From contig JAJXYH010000019.1 of the NCBI GenBank assembly GCA_021780675.1, forward strand, positions 1 through 47,059: a stretch of DNA of 47,059 bases, read 5' to 3'. The DNA comes from a bacterium. GTDB lineage: Bacteria > Patescibacteriota > Microgenomatia > Levybacterales > UBA12049. Under the pieces are notes generated by a model. That model was not told the DNA's origin. It was given only the letters and a program-made list of their open reading frames with translations, and did not search any database. The translations under genes were made by a program, and so were the position numbers. This document shows, one piece after another, positions 27,736 through 37,471 of this stretch (the first letter of the stretch is position 1; each line of letters opens with the position of its first letter).

Positions 27736-30700
27736 ATGTCAGAAACGAAGTCTTCTAAGAATTCTAAGGACGGTTTTAAGCCTGTTACCCCCCAAGTAGA
27801 TTTTCCTGCCTTGGAAAAAGAAATACTTAACCGTTGGGAAAAAGAAAAACTGGTTGATAAGTACCTACATAGGAACGATAAGTCAAAAGATGTCTATTCA
27901 TTTTTGGATGGTCCGATTACCGCTAATAATCCGATGGCAGTTCATCATGCATGGGGAAGAACTTACAAAGATCTTTGGCAAAGGTTTTGGAATATGCGAG
28001 GGTATAGGCAGAGGTTTCAGAATGGATTTGATTGTCAGGGCCTGTGGGTTGAAGTAGAAGTAGAAAAAGAGTTGGGAATTAGGAATAAAAAAGATATTGA
28101 AAATCTTGTTGAAGGAGATAGGAAAGCAAGTATTGCCAAATTTGTTCAACTTTGTAAAGACAGGGTCATAAAATATTCCACGATGCAAGCTATGCAAAGC
28201 CAAAGACTGGCAGAGTTTATGGATTGGGACAACTCCTATTACACAATGTCGGATGAAAATAATTACATGATTTGGCATTTCTTAAAAACCTGTAGTGACA
28301 GGGGTTGGATTTATAAGGGAAAAGATTCTGTTCCTTGGTGTCCAAGGTGCGAAACGGCAATTTCCCAGCATGAGATGCTAACGGAAGATTATAAAGAGTT
28401 AACTCATGAGACGATATTTTTTAAACTGCCGATTTTGGATAAGGGGTTTGAAAATACTTTCCTTTTGGTTTGGACAACAACTCCGTGGACAATTCCTGCA
28501 AATGTAGCGGTAGGTGTAAATTCTAAATTTACATATAAAATTTACAAGAATAATAAGCTTAACGAAAAAATTATATTTATAGCAAAAGATGAGCTTGGAC
28601 AAGTGCCGACAAGAGAGCTAAAGGGTAAACAACTTGCTGTTTCCGATTATATTTTCAATTCGGTTGAAGGAGAATGGGAAGAATTGGAGGAAATAAAGGG
28701 ACAAAAGTTAATCGGACTTAAATATGAAGGGCCGTTTGATAATCTGCCAATGGTAGAGGAGGCAAGAAAAGAAAATCCAGATACATTCCATAGGGTTGTG
28801 GACGGATCGGAAATTGTTGTTTCAACAGAAGGAACGGGGCTTTTGCATGTTGCGCCGGGCGCAGGAAAAGAGGATTTTGATTTAGGAAAAGTTGAAAAGT
28901 TATCGATAATTTCTCCAATTGCCGATGATGCTTCTTACCTTGAAGGAATGAACGAATTCAGTGGACAGAATGCCAAGAAACACCCGGAGATAATTATTGA
29001 TTACCTTAAAACCTATCTAAAGGGAAGGTTTTTATTAAAAACCATGCATTATACACATAGGTATCCTGCGTGCTGGAGATGTAAAGCAGAGCTGGTATGG
29101 AAGGTAACATACGAGTGGTATATAGCAATGGATAAAAAGGAAGGATCAGATAAAAACTCGGAGACGTTAAGAGAGCAAATGATCGATACGGCAAAAATGA
29201 TCGAGTGGAGACCAACGTTTGGTTTGGAAAGAGAACTGGATTGGTTAACAAATATGCATGATTGGCTTATAAGTAAAAAAAATAGGTATTGGGGTCTTGC
29301 GCTTCCGATTTTTGAATGTCAGCATTGCGGAAATTTTGAAGTAATAGGTTCAAAAGAAGAGTTAAAAGAAAAAGCAATAGAAGGATGGAGTAAATTTGAA
29401 GGTAAAAGTCCCCACAAGCCATTTATTGATGAAATAAAAATAAAATGCTCAAAATGCGGTGAGAAGGTAAGTAGAGTTGATGATGTTGGAAATGTTTGGC
29501 TTGATGCAGGAATAGTACCCTTTTCTACGTACATAGATCCTAAACTTAAGAAATTAAGCTATACGGAAGATAAAAAATATTGGCAGGAATGGTTCCCGGC
29601 GGATTTTATTACGGAATCTTTTCCAGGACAATTTAAAAACTGGTTTTATTCGCTTATTGCAATGTCCACGGTTTTAGAAAAGAAAAATCCGTTTAAATTG
29701 GTTTTAGGGTTTGGTTCCATGCTTGGTGAGGATGGAAGGCCGATGCATAAATCCTGGGGGAATTCGATAGAGTTTAATGAGGGCGCGGATAAAATAGGTG
29801 TTGACGTTATGAGGTGGATGTATGTTTCCCATAATCCCGAACTGAATTTACTTTTCGGATATAAAAAGGCAGACGAAACAAGAAGAAGGTTCCATCTTAT
29901 GCTTTGGAATATTTATAACTTTTTTGTAACTTATGCAAAGGTAGATAACTGGACAGCAAAAAATAATTTAAACTTTAAATTAACTTCCGAAAATCTTTTG
30001 GATAAATGGATTTATTCCCGTTTTAATAATAGTGTTTTGACAGTTACGTCTTCTTTAGAAGATTACAATGTGCAAAAAGCAGCATTAGAAATTGAATCTC
30101 TGGTAAGCGATTTATCACTTTGGTATATACGAAGAAGTAGGGATAGAGTAGGCCCTTCAAGCGAGGATAAAAAAGATAGGGATAGTTTCTACGAAACAAC
30201 TTATTTTGTTTTAGTAAACCTTTCAAAGCTAATCGCTCCGTTTATTCCGTTTATTTCGGAAGAGATCTTTACAAACCTAACCGATGAGAGTTCTGTTCAT
30301 TTATCCGATTGGCCAAAAAATGACCCCAAAGCAATTGATAAAAAACTGGAAGAAGAAATGTCTTATGCAAGACTTTTGGTTGAATCGGCGCACGCCTTAA
30401 GAAAACAATCCGAAGTAAAGGTAAGGATTCCGATAAAGAAGATGACGTATGACGGGCCGATCAAGCTTTCCGAGAAAGTTTTGGAAATTGTTAAGCAGGA
30501 GATAAACGTATATGATTTATCCTTTAATAAATCAAGTGATGAATTTAAGGTAGTTGCCGCTACCAATGATGATAATCTTGATTTGAATTTCGGACTGGCA
30601 AGGGATATTGTTAGAAAAGTTCAGGAAGAGAGAAAAAATTTACAAACAAGGACGGATGAAAAAGTTAAAATTACAATTCCTTTTTGGCCGAGGGAACACG

Positions 30701-30777
30701 AGGATTATATAAAAAGAAAAGCATTGATAAGTAAAATTATCGAGGGAAATAAATTTTTGGTTGAAAAAGATGAATAG
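27736..30777 (+). CDS. ileS: Isoleucine--tRNA ligase (type 2-like)
   Basis: FLDGPITAN, GFDCQGL, WTTTPWT, GTGLLHVAPG, YPACWRC, DWLISK.RYWG, PMHKS, LSLWYIRRSR. Confidence 0.95.
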   Translation: MSETKSSKNSKDGFKPVTPQVDFPALEKEILNRWEKEKLVDKYLHRNDKSKDVYSFLDGPITANNPMAVHHAWGRTYKDLWQRFWNMRGYRQRFQNGFDCQGLWVEVEVEKELGIRNKKDIENLVEGDRKASIAKFVQLCKDRVIKYSTMQAMQSQRLAEFMDWDNSYYTMSDENNYMIWHFLKTCSDRGWIYKGKDSVPWCPRCETAISQHEMLTEDYKELTHETIFFKLPILDKGFENTFLLVWTTTPWTIPANVAVGVNSKFTYKIYKNNKLNEKIIFIAKDELGQVPTRELKGKQLAVSDYIFNSVEGEWEELEEIKGQKLIGLKYEGPFDNLPMVEEARKENPDTFHRVVDGSEIVVSTEGTGLLHVAPGAGKEDFDLGKVEKLSIISPIADDASYLEGMNEFSGQNAKKHPEIIIDYLKTYLKGRFLLKTMHYTHRYPACWRCKAELVWKVTYEWYIAMDKKEGSDKNSETLREQMIDTAKMIEWRPTFGLERELDWLTNMHDWLISKKNRYWGLALPIFECQHCGNFEVIGSKEELKEKAIEGWSKFEGKSPHKPFIDEIKIKCSKCGEKVSRVDDVGNVWLDAGIVPFSTYIDPKLKKLSYTEDKKYWQEWFPADFITESFPGQFKNWFYSLIAMSTVLEKKNPFKLVLGFGSMLGEDGRPMHKSWGNSIEFNEGADKIGVDVMRWMYVSHNPELNLLFGYKKADETRRRFHLMLWNIYNFFVTYAKVDNWTAKNNLNFKLTSENLLDKWIYSRFNNSVLTVTSSLEDYNVQKAALEIESLVSDLSLWYIRRSRDRVGPSSEDKKDRDSFYETTYFVLVNLSKLIAPFIPFISEEIFTNLTDESSVHLSDWPKNDPKAIDKKLEEEMSYARLLVESAHALRKQSEVKVRIPIKKMTYDGPIKLSEKVLEIVKQEINVYDLSFNKSSDEFKVVAATNDDNLDLNFGLARDIVRKVQEERKNLQTRTDEKVKITIPFWPREHEDYIKRKALISKIIEGNKFLVEKDE

Positions 30778-31849
30778 TAAACTTCTAAATTTGGATCTAA
30801 AATTACTAGCTCCTGTTTTTATCTTAATCGCAATAAGTTTAATGACTCTGTTTTCGATAAGCCCAGTTTTGGCAAGAAGTCAGGCTATTTTTGTAGGGAT
30901 TTCGTTTATTGCATATATTTTTTTTTCTAACTTCAATTTAAAAATCTTTCAATTTTATTCGATACCTATTTATCTTATTTCTATAGTTTTTTTAGTGCTT
31001 GTTTTTTTAATAGGGATTGAAAGCAGAGGCTCAATAAGATGGGTAGAAATATTGGGATTTAGGATACAATTTTCGGAAGTTTTAAAACCGTTCCTGGCAA
31101 TAAGTCTTGCAAGTTACTTATCTGAAAAAAGAACTTTTAATTTTGAAGTTCTAATAAAAACGTTTTTACTACTACTTCCTATTGTTTTTCTGATTTTTTT
31201 GCAGCCGGATCTTGGAGATGCGCTAATTTATGGAATGGTAGTTTTATGCATATTGATTTATTTAGGATTTTCCTTTAAATATTTCTTGGCAATTTTTGCA
31301 CCGCTATTTTTAATAGCGCCAATATTTTGGAATATTTTGCACGATTATCAAAAGCAGAGGATTTTAACTTTTCTTAACCCGGGGCAGGATCCGCTTGGAT
31401 TTTCTTATAATGTAATTCAATCTGTTATTGCAGTCGGGTCGGGTATGTTTTTAGGTAAAGGTTTGGGTCTTGGCACACAGTCGGGGTTAAAATTTTTACC
31501 TGAAAGACATACGGATTTTATTTTTGCAACACTTTCCGAGCAGCTTGGATTCGTAGGGGCAATTATCATTTTAATCGCCTTTGGATTTTTACTTTATAGA
31601 ATTTATAAGCATGTAGAACGAGCAGAGAATGTTTTTGCAAAAACTTTTTTTTCGATAATATTTTTTGCATTTCTCCTGCAGTTCTTTATTAATATTGGTA
31701 TGAATATAGGAATATTGCCAATTGTTGGGGTTACTCTTCCATTTGTTTCCTATGGGGGAAGCTCACTTTTATCCAACTTTATTTTCTTAGGATTAATGGT
31801 TTCTGTTGGTAAATCGGAGAAAAGGGGAGAAGTTCTAGAAATAAAGTAG
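30770..31849 (+). CDS. rodA: SEDS polymerase RodA
   Basis: GSIRW, QFSEVLK, QPDLG, YQKQRI.FL.P.DPLG.YN.QS.IAVGSG, FLPERHTDFIF. Confidence 0.93.
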   Translation: MNSKLLNLDLKLLAPVFILIAISLMTLFSISPVLARSQAIFVGISFIAYIFFSNFNLKIFQFYSIPIYLISIVFLVLVFLIGIESRGSIRWVEILGFRIQFSEVLKPFLAISLASYLSEKRTFNFEVLIKTFLLLLPIVFLIFLQPDLGDALIYGMVVLCILIYLGFSFKYFLAIFAPLFLIAPIFWNILHDYQKQRILTFLNPGQDPLGFSYNVIQSVIAVGSGMFLGKGLGLGTQSGLKFLPERHTDFIFATLSEQLGFVGAIIILIAFGFLLYRIYKHVERAENVFAKTFFSIIFFAFLLQFFINIGMNIGILPIVGVTLPFVSYGGSSLLSNFIFLGLMVSVGKSEKRGEVLEIK

Positions 31850-31873
31850 ATTTTTTGTTATAATTAAAACCTC

Positions 31874-32182
31874 ATGAAATACGCAGTCATAAAAACAGGC
31901 GGAAAACAATACAAGGTAAAAGAAGGAGATATAATCGAAGTAGACAGACTAGCTGAAGAAACCGATAAAAAGGTGCTTTTTGATCAGGTCCTTCTTAAAG
32001 TTACAGATTCCGGAGTAAAAATCGGTGAACCTTATATTAAAGGAGAAAAAGTGGAAGCAAAACTTATGGATCAAATTAAAGGAGATAAAGTTAGGGTTTC
32101 CAAATTTAAGGCAAAAGTAAGATATAGAAGAGTAAACGGATTTAGAGCCAGTCTTTCAAAAGTTCTGGTAGAGAAAATTTAG
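31874..32182 (+). CDS. rplU: 50S ribosomal protein L21
   Basis: YAVIKTGGKQYKVKEG...KFKAKVRYRR. Confidence 0.97.
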   Translation: MKYAVIKTGGKQYKVKEGDIIEVDRLAEETDKKVLFDQVLLKVTDSGVKIGEPYIKGEKVEAKLMDQIKGDKVRVSKFKAKVRYRRVNGFRASLSKVLVEKI

Positions 32183-32223
32183 TTTAGCTTTTAAAATCAA
32201 TAGAATTGACTTACTTTGATATC

Positions 32224-32268
32224 TTGACGATTGTGAAAATAGTAGTTAAAATATAGCAAGTTTTCACA
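32224..32268 (+). promoter_or_regulatory. rpmA promoter bracketed by an inverted repeat
   Basis: TTGACG (32224-32229), 17 nt, TAAAAT (32247-32252); TGTGAAAA (32232-32239) / TTTTCACA (32261-32268). Confidence 0.6.
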
Positions 32269-32296
32269 TATTAGACAATATATTTTATTATAATAT

Positions 32297-32545
32297 ATGG
32301 CACATACAAAGGCGCAAGGCGCAGTAAAAGGTAACAGAGACTCAAGAGCAAAACGTTTAGGCGTTAAGGTTTATGGTGGTCAAAAAGTCATTGCCGGAAA
32401 TATTATTGTAAGACAAAAAGGAACAAAGTTTCATCCAGGAAGAGGTGTTTCCATGGGTAAAGATTTTACTTTGTTTTCTTTAATCGAAGGAACAGTTGGA
32501 TTTAAAACGCAAAAAGGCAAAACAATGGTTGAAGTTTCCAATTAA
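32297..32545 (+). CDS. rpmA: 50S ribosomal protein L27 (no N-terminal extension)
   Basis: [20 protein letters not shown]...[15 protein letters not shown]. Confidence 0.97.
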   Translation: MAHTKAQGAVKGNRDSRAKRLGVKVYGGQKVIAGNIIVRQKGTKFHPGRGVSMGKDFTLFSLIEGTVGFKTQKGKTMVEVSN

Positions 32546-32546
32546 C

Positions 32547-33365
32547 ATGGATAGAGTAGAACAAATTTCAGAATTAGACATAAACCTTCTTCAGACAAAT
32601 CCTTTGCAGCCAAGGGGAATTATTTCTCCCGAATCTCTCCAGGAATTAGTTGACTCAATCAGAGAACACGGCATTTTGGAGCCTATTGTAGTGGCAAAAA
32701 CACCGGCCGGTTACCAAATTATTGCAGGAGAAAGAAGATGGAGAGCATCCAAAGTATTAGGTCTTATTAAAGTGCCGGTAGTTATTAGGGAAACAACTCC
32801 CCAGGGAATGCTTGAAATGTCCATTGTAGAAAATGTTCAAAGAGAAGATTTAAATCCGATTGAAAGGGCCCAAGCATATAAAAGATTAATTGAAGAATTC
32901 GGACTTGGTACAAATGAAGTTGCCAGAAGAGTTGGTAAAAGCGCTCCGACAGTCTCCAACACAATTAGATTATTATCCCTACCCGATGCAATTAAAGACG
33001 CTTTGGTTGCAGGAGTAATAACAGAAGGTCATGTAAGACCGCTTATTTCATTGGGAGACAGTAAGTTAATGCTGGATTTGTTTAAAAAGATCTTAAAAGA
33101 AAGTAGCACTGTCAGGCAGACCGAAGAATTTGCAAGACAAGCTAAAGGAGAAATTGAGAAAAAAGAGCCAAGATCAAAGGTGCATAAGCTTTGGGTTCCT
33201 GAGCTTGACGAAATGTCTAAGAGTTTAGAAGAAAAAAGAGCTCTAAGCAAAGTTGCAATATCACAGTCCAGAACCCAGGCAAAAATCTCAATTTTTATTA
33301 AGGGAGATGTGGATGCTACAGGACCAAAAGTTAAGGAAATTTTTGAACTTCTAAGTAGGGACTAA
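32547..33365 (+). CDS. parB: ParB/Spo0J family protein
   Basis: NPLQPR, SIREHGILEPI, IAGERRWRA (CTPase motif), ENVQREDLNPIE, HTH; ATG 1 nt after the rpmA stop. Confidence 0.92.
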   Translation: MDRVEQISELDINLLQTNPLQPRGIISPESLQELVDSIREHGILEPIVVAKTPAGYQIIAGERRWRASKVLGLIKVPVVIRETTPQGMLEMSIVENVQREDLNPIERAQAYKRLIEEFGLGTNEVARRVGKSAPTVSNTIRLLSLPDAIKDALVAGVITEGHVRPLISLGDSKLMLDLFKKILKESSTVRQTEEFARQAKGEIEKKEPRSKVHKLWVPELDEMSKSLEEKRALSKVAISQSRTQAKISIFIKGDVDATGPKVKEIFELLSRD

Positions 33366-33952
33366 TTGCCTCTATAAGGGTTATTAATAAATCTCATTCT
33401 GTTTATCGGCCAGTAGACAAAGCTTGATTTACCAATTACTTCGGACATTTTTACAAATCCCCACTCGCGCGAATCCGAGCTTGCCATGCGGTTATCGCCA
33501 AGCACAAAATACTCATTACTCGGAACAGTAATGGCCTGATTATCCAAAAGGAATGCTTCTCCGTATGTTTTAATATCACTTGCAATGTATTTTTTTTCGT
33601 CAAGAAGCTTACCATTAACATAAACGTCGCCGTTTTTAAGCATTATTGTATCTCCCGGAAGACCAATTACTCTTTTTATATAATCTTTATCAGGTTCAGG
33701 AGGTGCGTTAAAAACAATTACATCCCCTCTTTGTAGTTTTCCAAAAGAAGCGTGATAAAAGCCAAAGTTTTCAAATCCGATAAGATTAGTTAAAACGTAT
33801 TCCTGATTCCAAAAATTTGGGTACATAGATTCACCCTTTACCTCGAAAGGCCTAAAAAGTGTGACGTAGATAAAAAGAAATATAGCTGCGGCGATTAGAA
33901 AAGTTTGGACGGTATCTAAGAGAAAGTAGTAAATTATTCGTAGATATTTCAT
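33362..33952 (-). CDS. lepB: Signal peptidase I (S26A)
   Basis: GESMYP, RGDVIVF, YIKRVIGLPG, GDNR..S.DSR.WG (Ser/Lys dyad). Confidence 0.95.
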   Translation of the reverse strand: MKYLRIIYYFLLDTVQTFLIAAAIFLFIYVTLFRPFEVKGESMYPNFWNQEYVLTNLIGFENFGFYHASFGKLQRGDVIVFNAPPEPDKDYIKRVIGLPGDTIMLKNGDVYVNGKLLDEKKYIASDIKTYGEAFLLDNQAITVPSNEYFVLGDNRMASSDSREWGFVKMSEVIGKSSFVYWPINRMRFINNPYRGN

Positions 33953-34018
33953 TAACAATTTATTTTCCCAGAAGTTTAGGACTTTGTCAACGAAAGGATA
34001 ATGTGGTATATTTATGCA

Positions 34019-34090
34019 GGACTTGTAGCTCAGTGGTAGAGCGCTTCATTCACATTGAAGAAGTCAGAGGTTCGAGTCCTCTCAGGTCCA
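34019..34090 (+). tRNA. tRNA-Val(CAC), CCA not encoded
   Basis: Acceptor GGACTTG/CAGGTCC, D arm GCTC/GAGC, anticodon arm CTTCA-ttCACat-TGAAG, T arm AGAGG-TTCGAGT-CCTCT, discriminator A followed by CTG. Confidence 0.95.
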
Positions 34091-34109
34091 CTGCCCCTGA
34101 AGACTTAAA

Positions 34110-34712
34110 ATGAAAAAATTAATTTTTGCATTCATATTACTATTACTATTAATACCGGTCGTTTTAATTTACTTTAAAGGTGGTTTTTCTGCCAGGAACA
34201 ACAATGCAGTAAATATAAATAATAGTAGTTCAACAACTACAAGCAGCAGTAAAAGCTTTGATTTTGCAAAAGACGGGTTTTTAAATCCCGATAATGTTGC
34301 TTTTCCAGGAAATGCTAATTTTATAAAGGCAAAAAGCAGTGAGGATTTAGGTAAAACAGCGCTATATTATGACTATAACCCATATCCATTATCAGGTACG
34401 GAATGGGCTTATACAAAAAAAGTAAATAACGAACAGGAGTATAAGAATGCATTGCAGATTTTTGACGGTTTTTATAATGCTCAAGTCCAAAAAAATGGTT
34501 GGAATAATGAATTAACCGTGGAAAGCCATAATGTTCAGCCAATTGCCGCAGACAGCCCCGCAGGGCATTTATACGGCTACATAAAGTATGTAAATGGCAA
34601 TATCCAGGAAATACTTCTTTACGATCAAAAAGACAGCCTACAGTACCCTACAAACGTTCAATTCAGGGTCTTTTTAAGCGACGTTAAAGCACTCAAAGAC
34701 GTAGTTAAATAA
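34110..34712 (+). CDS. Secreted/membrane-anchored hypothetical protein
   Basis: N-terminal hydrophobic helix, N/S/T-rich linker, globular domain; starts 19 nt after the tRNA. Confidence 0.75.
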   Translation: MKKLIFAFILLLLLIPVVLIYFKGGFSARNNNAVNINNSSSTTTSSSKSFDFAKDGFLNPDNVAFPGNANFIKAKSSEDLGKTALYYDYNPYPLSGTEWAYTKKVNNEQEYKNALQIFDGFYNAQVQKNGWNNELTVESHNVQPIAADSPAGHLYGYIKYVNGNIQEILLYDQKDSLQYPTNVQFRVFLSDVKALKDVVK

Positions 34713-34764
34713 CTTAACTTAAAAATACTTGATTTTTTACCTGAAAGATGTGCATAAATTAATT

Positions 34765-35394
34765 ATGCCTTTAATTGAGTCAACTGACAATTTAAAAAGT
34801 GATATTACTTCAAGTAAACCACGTGATGAATAGGGAAAATTTATAAAAGTGCTAGATATTGTTCCTTCTAAAAATATTGTAAAGAATTTTCTTTTAAGCC
34901 ACACTGGTAATTATAAAAATCAAGATGATATTCTAGATATAAAGATTGGTAATCCGTTAGGTAGAATAGTAAAGTAACTGGAGGATATTAAAAGACAAAA
35001 GGCTTTCTCTTTTACTTTTAAAGGAAGCTTGGAGATCGCTGGGGTTATTTTGACTTTGTCATTATTTGGAATATTTGGTGTAAGTCAAATCTTATGTGAA
35101 AAAGGAATTCAAACTCATGCTGGAATGGTGAAAGTGTTAAATTATAAAGAAATTTATACTTAAAAAGTTCCAATATTATCATACTTTACTGAATTAGTTT
35201 CTCCTCCAGCTAAATTAATTAAGAATAGAACAATTTTGGTAAAAAATGATTTAAGTACATTATATTTACCCTTTTCAGATATAACAGATATTGCAAAGTA
35301 CTCTAATAAGTCAGTAATAGTAACAGGAAAATTTAATTCTTGTTTAAGCACCCTAACCATAAATGATTCAAGTGCAATAGAAGAGTATACTTAG
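34765..35394 (+). pseudogene. Pseudogene of a ~209-aa single-TM protein with three in-frame stops
   Basis: One frame from ATG 34765 to TAG 35394 reads protein-like (IGNPLGRIVK*LEDIKRQKAFSFTFKGSL, TM, LCEKG...VIVTGKFNSC) with stops at 34831, 34975 and 35161. Confidence 0.75.
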
Positions 35395-35437
35395 TGATTA
35401 ATGAGCCTCATTAAATGTTATAATACCGTATAAAACT

Positions 35438-36451
35438 ATGAAAATTTTATTTTTCGCAAGATTATTTTATCCACATATTGGCGGAGTGGAGAAGCATGTT
35501 TTAAAAATTAGTAAGATTCTAATTAACAAAGGATACACGGTTACAGTGATAACGGAAAATTATCAATCGCTTCCTCCGACTGCTAAGTTTGAGGGAATTA
35601 ACATTATAAGGATTAATGCAGGCAGTAATGATTGGTTTAAGAAATTTAGAGTATGGAGAGAGTTATTTAAGCATTTTCAAATAATCAAAAATGCTGATAT
35701 TGTTCATTGTCATGATATTTTTTTCTGGTATTTACCCTTCAGATTTATATTTCCGTTTAAAAATAATTATGTAACCTTTCACGGATACGAAGGAAATAAC
35801 ATTCCAAATACTAGATCTATATTTATGCATAAATTAGCAGAAAAATTTTCTAATGGTAATTTGTGTATTGGCAATTTTTATAAAAAATGGTATGGAACCA
35901 ATGCAACGCTAGTTAGTTTTGGTGCTGTTGATAAAAAAATACTAACTCAAAGTACAAAGGATAATAAAATTACAAAGGATGCGATGTTTTTGGGAAGATT
36001 AGAGAAAGAAACAGGAATTATGGAGTATTTAAAAGCGATAAAAGAATTAAAGCTAAGTTTAGATGTGTATGGCAACGGAAGTTTAGAAGAGGAAGCAAGA
36101 AAATACGTAAAAGACAATAATTTAAAGATAAATTTTAAAGGATTTGTTGAAAATGCAACAGACTATATTAAAGATTACAGATACATTTTTACATCGAGGT
36201 ATCTTGGAATTTTAGAGGCGATGGCTTCTAAAAGACCGGTATACGCAATTTATAATAATAAAACAAAAAAGGATTATCTTGAAATGACACCCTTTTCTAA
36301 ATGGGTATTGATTTCAAAAAATGAAGAAGATCTTGTAAAGAAGTTTAATAGTTCCAATATGTATGTTGATAAAGCCTATTCCTGGGTAAAAAGCCAAACG
36401 TGGGAAAACATGACAAACTTATATTTAATACTTTGGGAATTGAAACTATAG
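35438..36451 (+). CDS. Glycosyltransferase family 4
   Basis: FYPHIGGVEKH, DIVHCH, FLGRLEKETG, ILEAMAS. Confidence 0.9.
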   Translation: MKILFFARLFYPHIGGVEKHVLKISKILINKGYTVTVITENYQSLPPTAKFEGINIIRINAGSNDWFKKFRVWRELFKHFQIIKNADIVHCHDIFFWYLPFRFIFPFKNNYVTFHGYEGNNIPNTRSIFMHKLAEKFSNGNLCIGNFYKKWYGTNATLVSFGAVDKKILTQSTKDNKITKDAMFLGRLEKETGIMEYLKAIKELKLSLDVYGNGSLEEEARKYVKDNNLKINFKGFVENATDYIKDYRYIFTSRYLGILEAMASKRPVYAIYNNKTKKDYLEMTPFSKWVLISKNEEDLVKKFNSSNMYVDKAYSWVKSQTWENMTNLYLILWELKL

Positions 36452-37468
36452 TTATTTTTTTAATCTTCTTTGTCTTAAAATATCAATTGGTTTTTCAAGA
36501 GTAATTACCATCACTTCAGATATAATTAAAGTAATTATTATAATAGATAATACAAATAAATTCTGTGATGTTTTGTAGTGAACTACATTTACTAACATAG
36601 TAATAACTAATACATGTATTAGATAAACTGGATAGGATAAATCACCGATCATTTGATCAATTTTTAATTTGTTAGTTAATTTAAAAATAAATGGAATTGA
36701 AATAGTTAATAAACCTAAATATCCCCATGATTTAAAATCTAACCAATGATACTGTAATGTAAAAGAAAATGCATTATAAAAAATGGTAATAGTTATTGTT
36801 GAGATAAGTACTGCAAGTAGATTTTTGGTTGGAATGTTTTTCTGTTTAAAATTTTTATAAATTTTGTAAGAGATAGCTCCTAAGAGAAAAAAAACAATTT
36901 CAGCTGGAAAAAATCTGTCTGTTGTTGGATCTCCATTTAATCTTAAAATTACAAAAACAATAAATCTAATAAATACACTAATGAGTATTAATAAAGATAT
37001 AAATTTAGTACTGCGTTTTACTATAAAGGGTGCTACTAAGTAAAATAATATCTCTAGAACCAATGTCCAAGCTTGAGATATCAGCATAGCTTCATTAAAA
37101 TTTGGATTTATAGTTAAGTAATCAAATCTAAATAGTACTGTTATATCTCTCAATAAATTACTAATACCATCCAATGATAATGAATATAAATTAAGCGCGC
37201 TTGGAATAAAAAAATAAAAACTAATAAGTGAAAGAATTAAAGTGAACCAATAAATAGGATAAATTCTAAGAAACCTATTTGTAATAAATAACTTGAAGGA
37301 GCCATTTTTATTTACGTACTTTTCGTTTAAAATTAAAGACATATAAAATCCAGAAATTACGAAAAATCCTCTTACTGCTGCATCCCTACCTAAAAGATTA
37401 TTACCAAAAATAGGATAAGAATGTGAAATGAGTACGCTTAAAGCAAATAATAATCTAAGAATTCCCAT
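36452..37468 (-). CDS. Acyltransferase family 3 (OafA-like) membrane O-acyltransferase
   Basis: LRLLFALSVLISH, FFVISGF, RFLRIYP, WTLVLE.FY, GDLSYPVYLIH. Confidence 0.92.
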   Translation of the reverse strand: MGILRLLFALSVLISHSYPIFGNNLLGRDAAVRGFFVISGFYMSLILNEKYVNKNGSFKLFITNRFLRIYPIYWFTLILSLISFYFFIPSALNLYSLSLDGISNLLRDITVLFRFDYLTINPNFNEAMLISQAWTLVLEILFYLVAPFIVKRSTKFISLLILISVFIRFIVFVILRLNGDPTTDRFFPAEIVFFLLGAISYKIYKNFKQKNIPTKNLLAVLISTITITIFYNAFSFTLQYHWLDFKSWGYLGLLTISIPFIFKLTNKLKIDQMIGDLSYPVYLIHVLVITMLVNVVHYKTSQNLFVLSIIIITLIISEVMVITLEKPIDILRQRRLKK

Positions 37469-37471
37469 ATC

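Noticed and set aside
35160-35360. 66-aa minus strand ORF
   Set aside because: Antisense to the pseudogene frame, which is the more coherent reading.
34765-35394. Alternative genetic code or programmed read-through
   Set aside because: The stops are mixed TAG and TAA, and all three stop codons terminate normal genes in this window.
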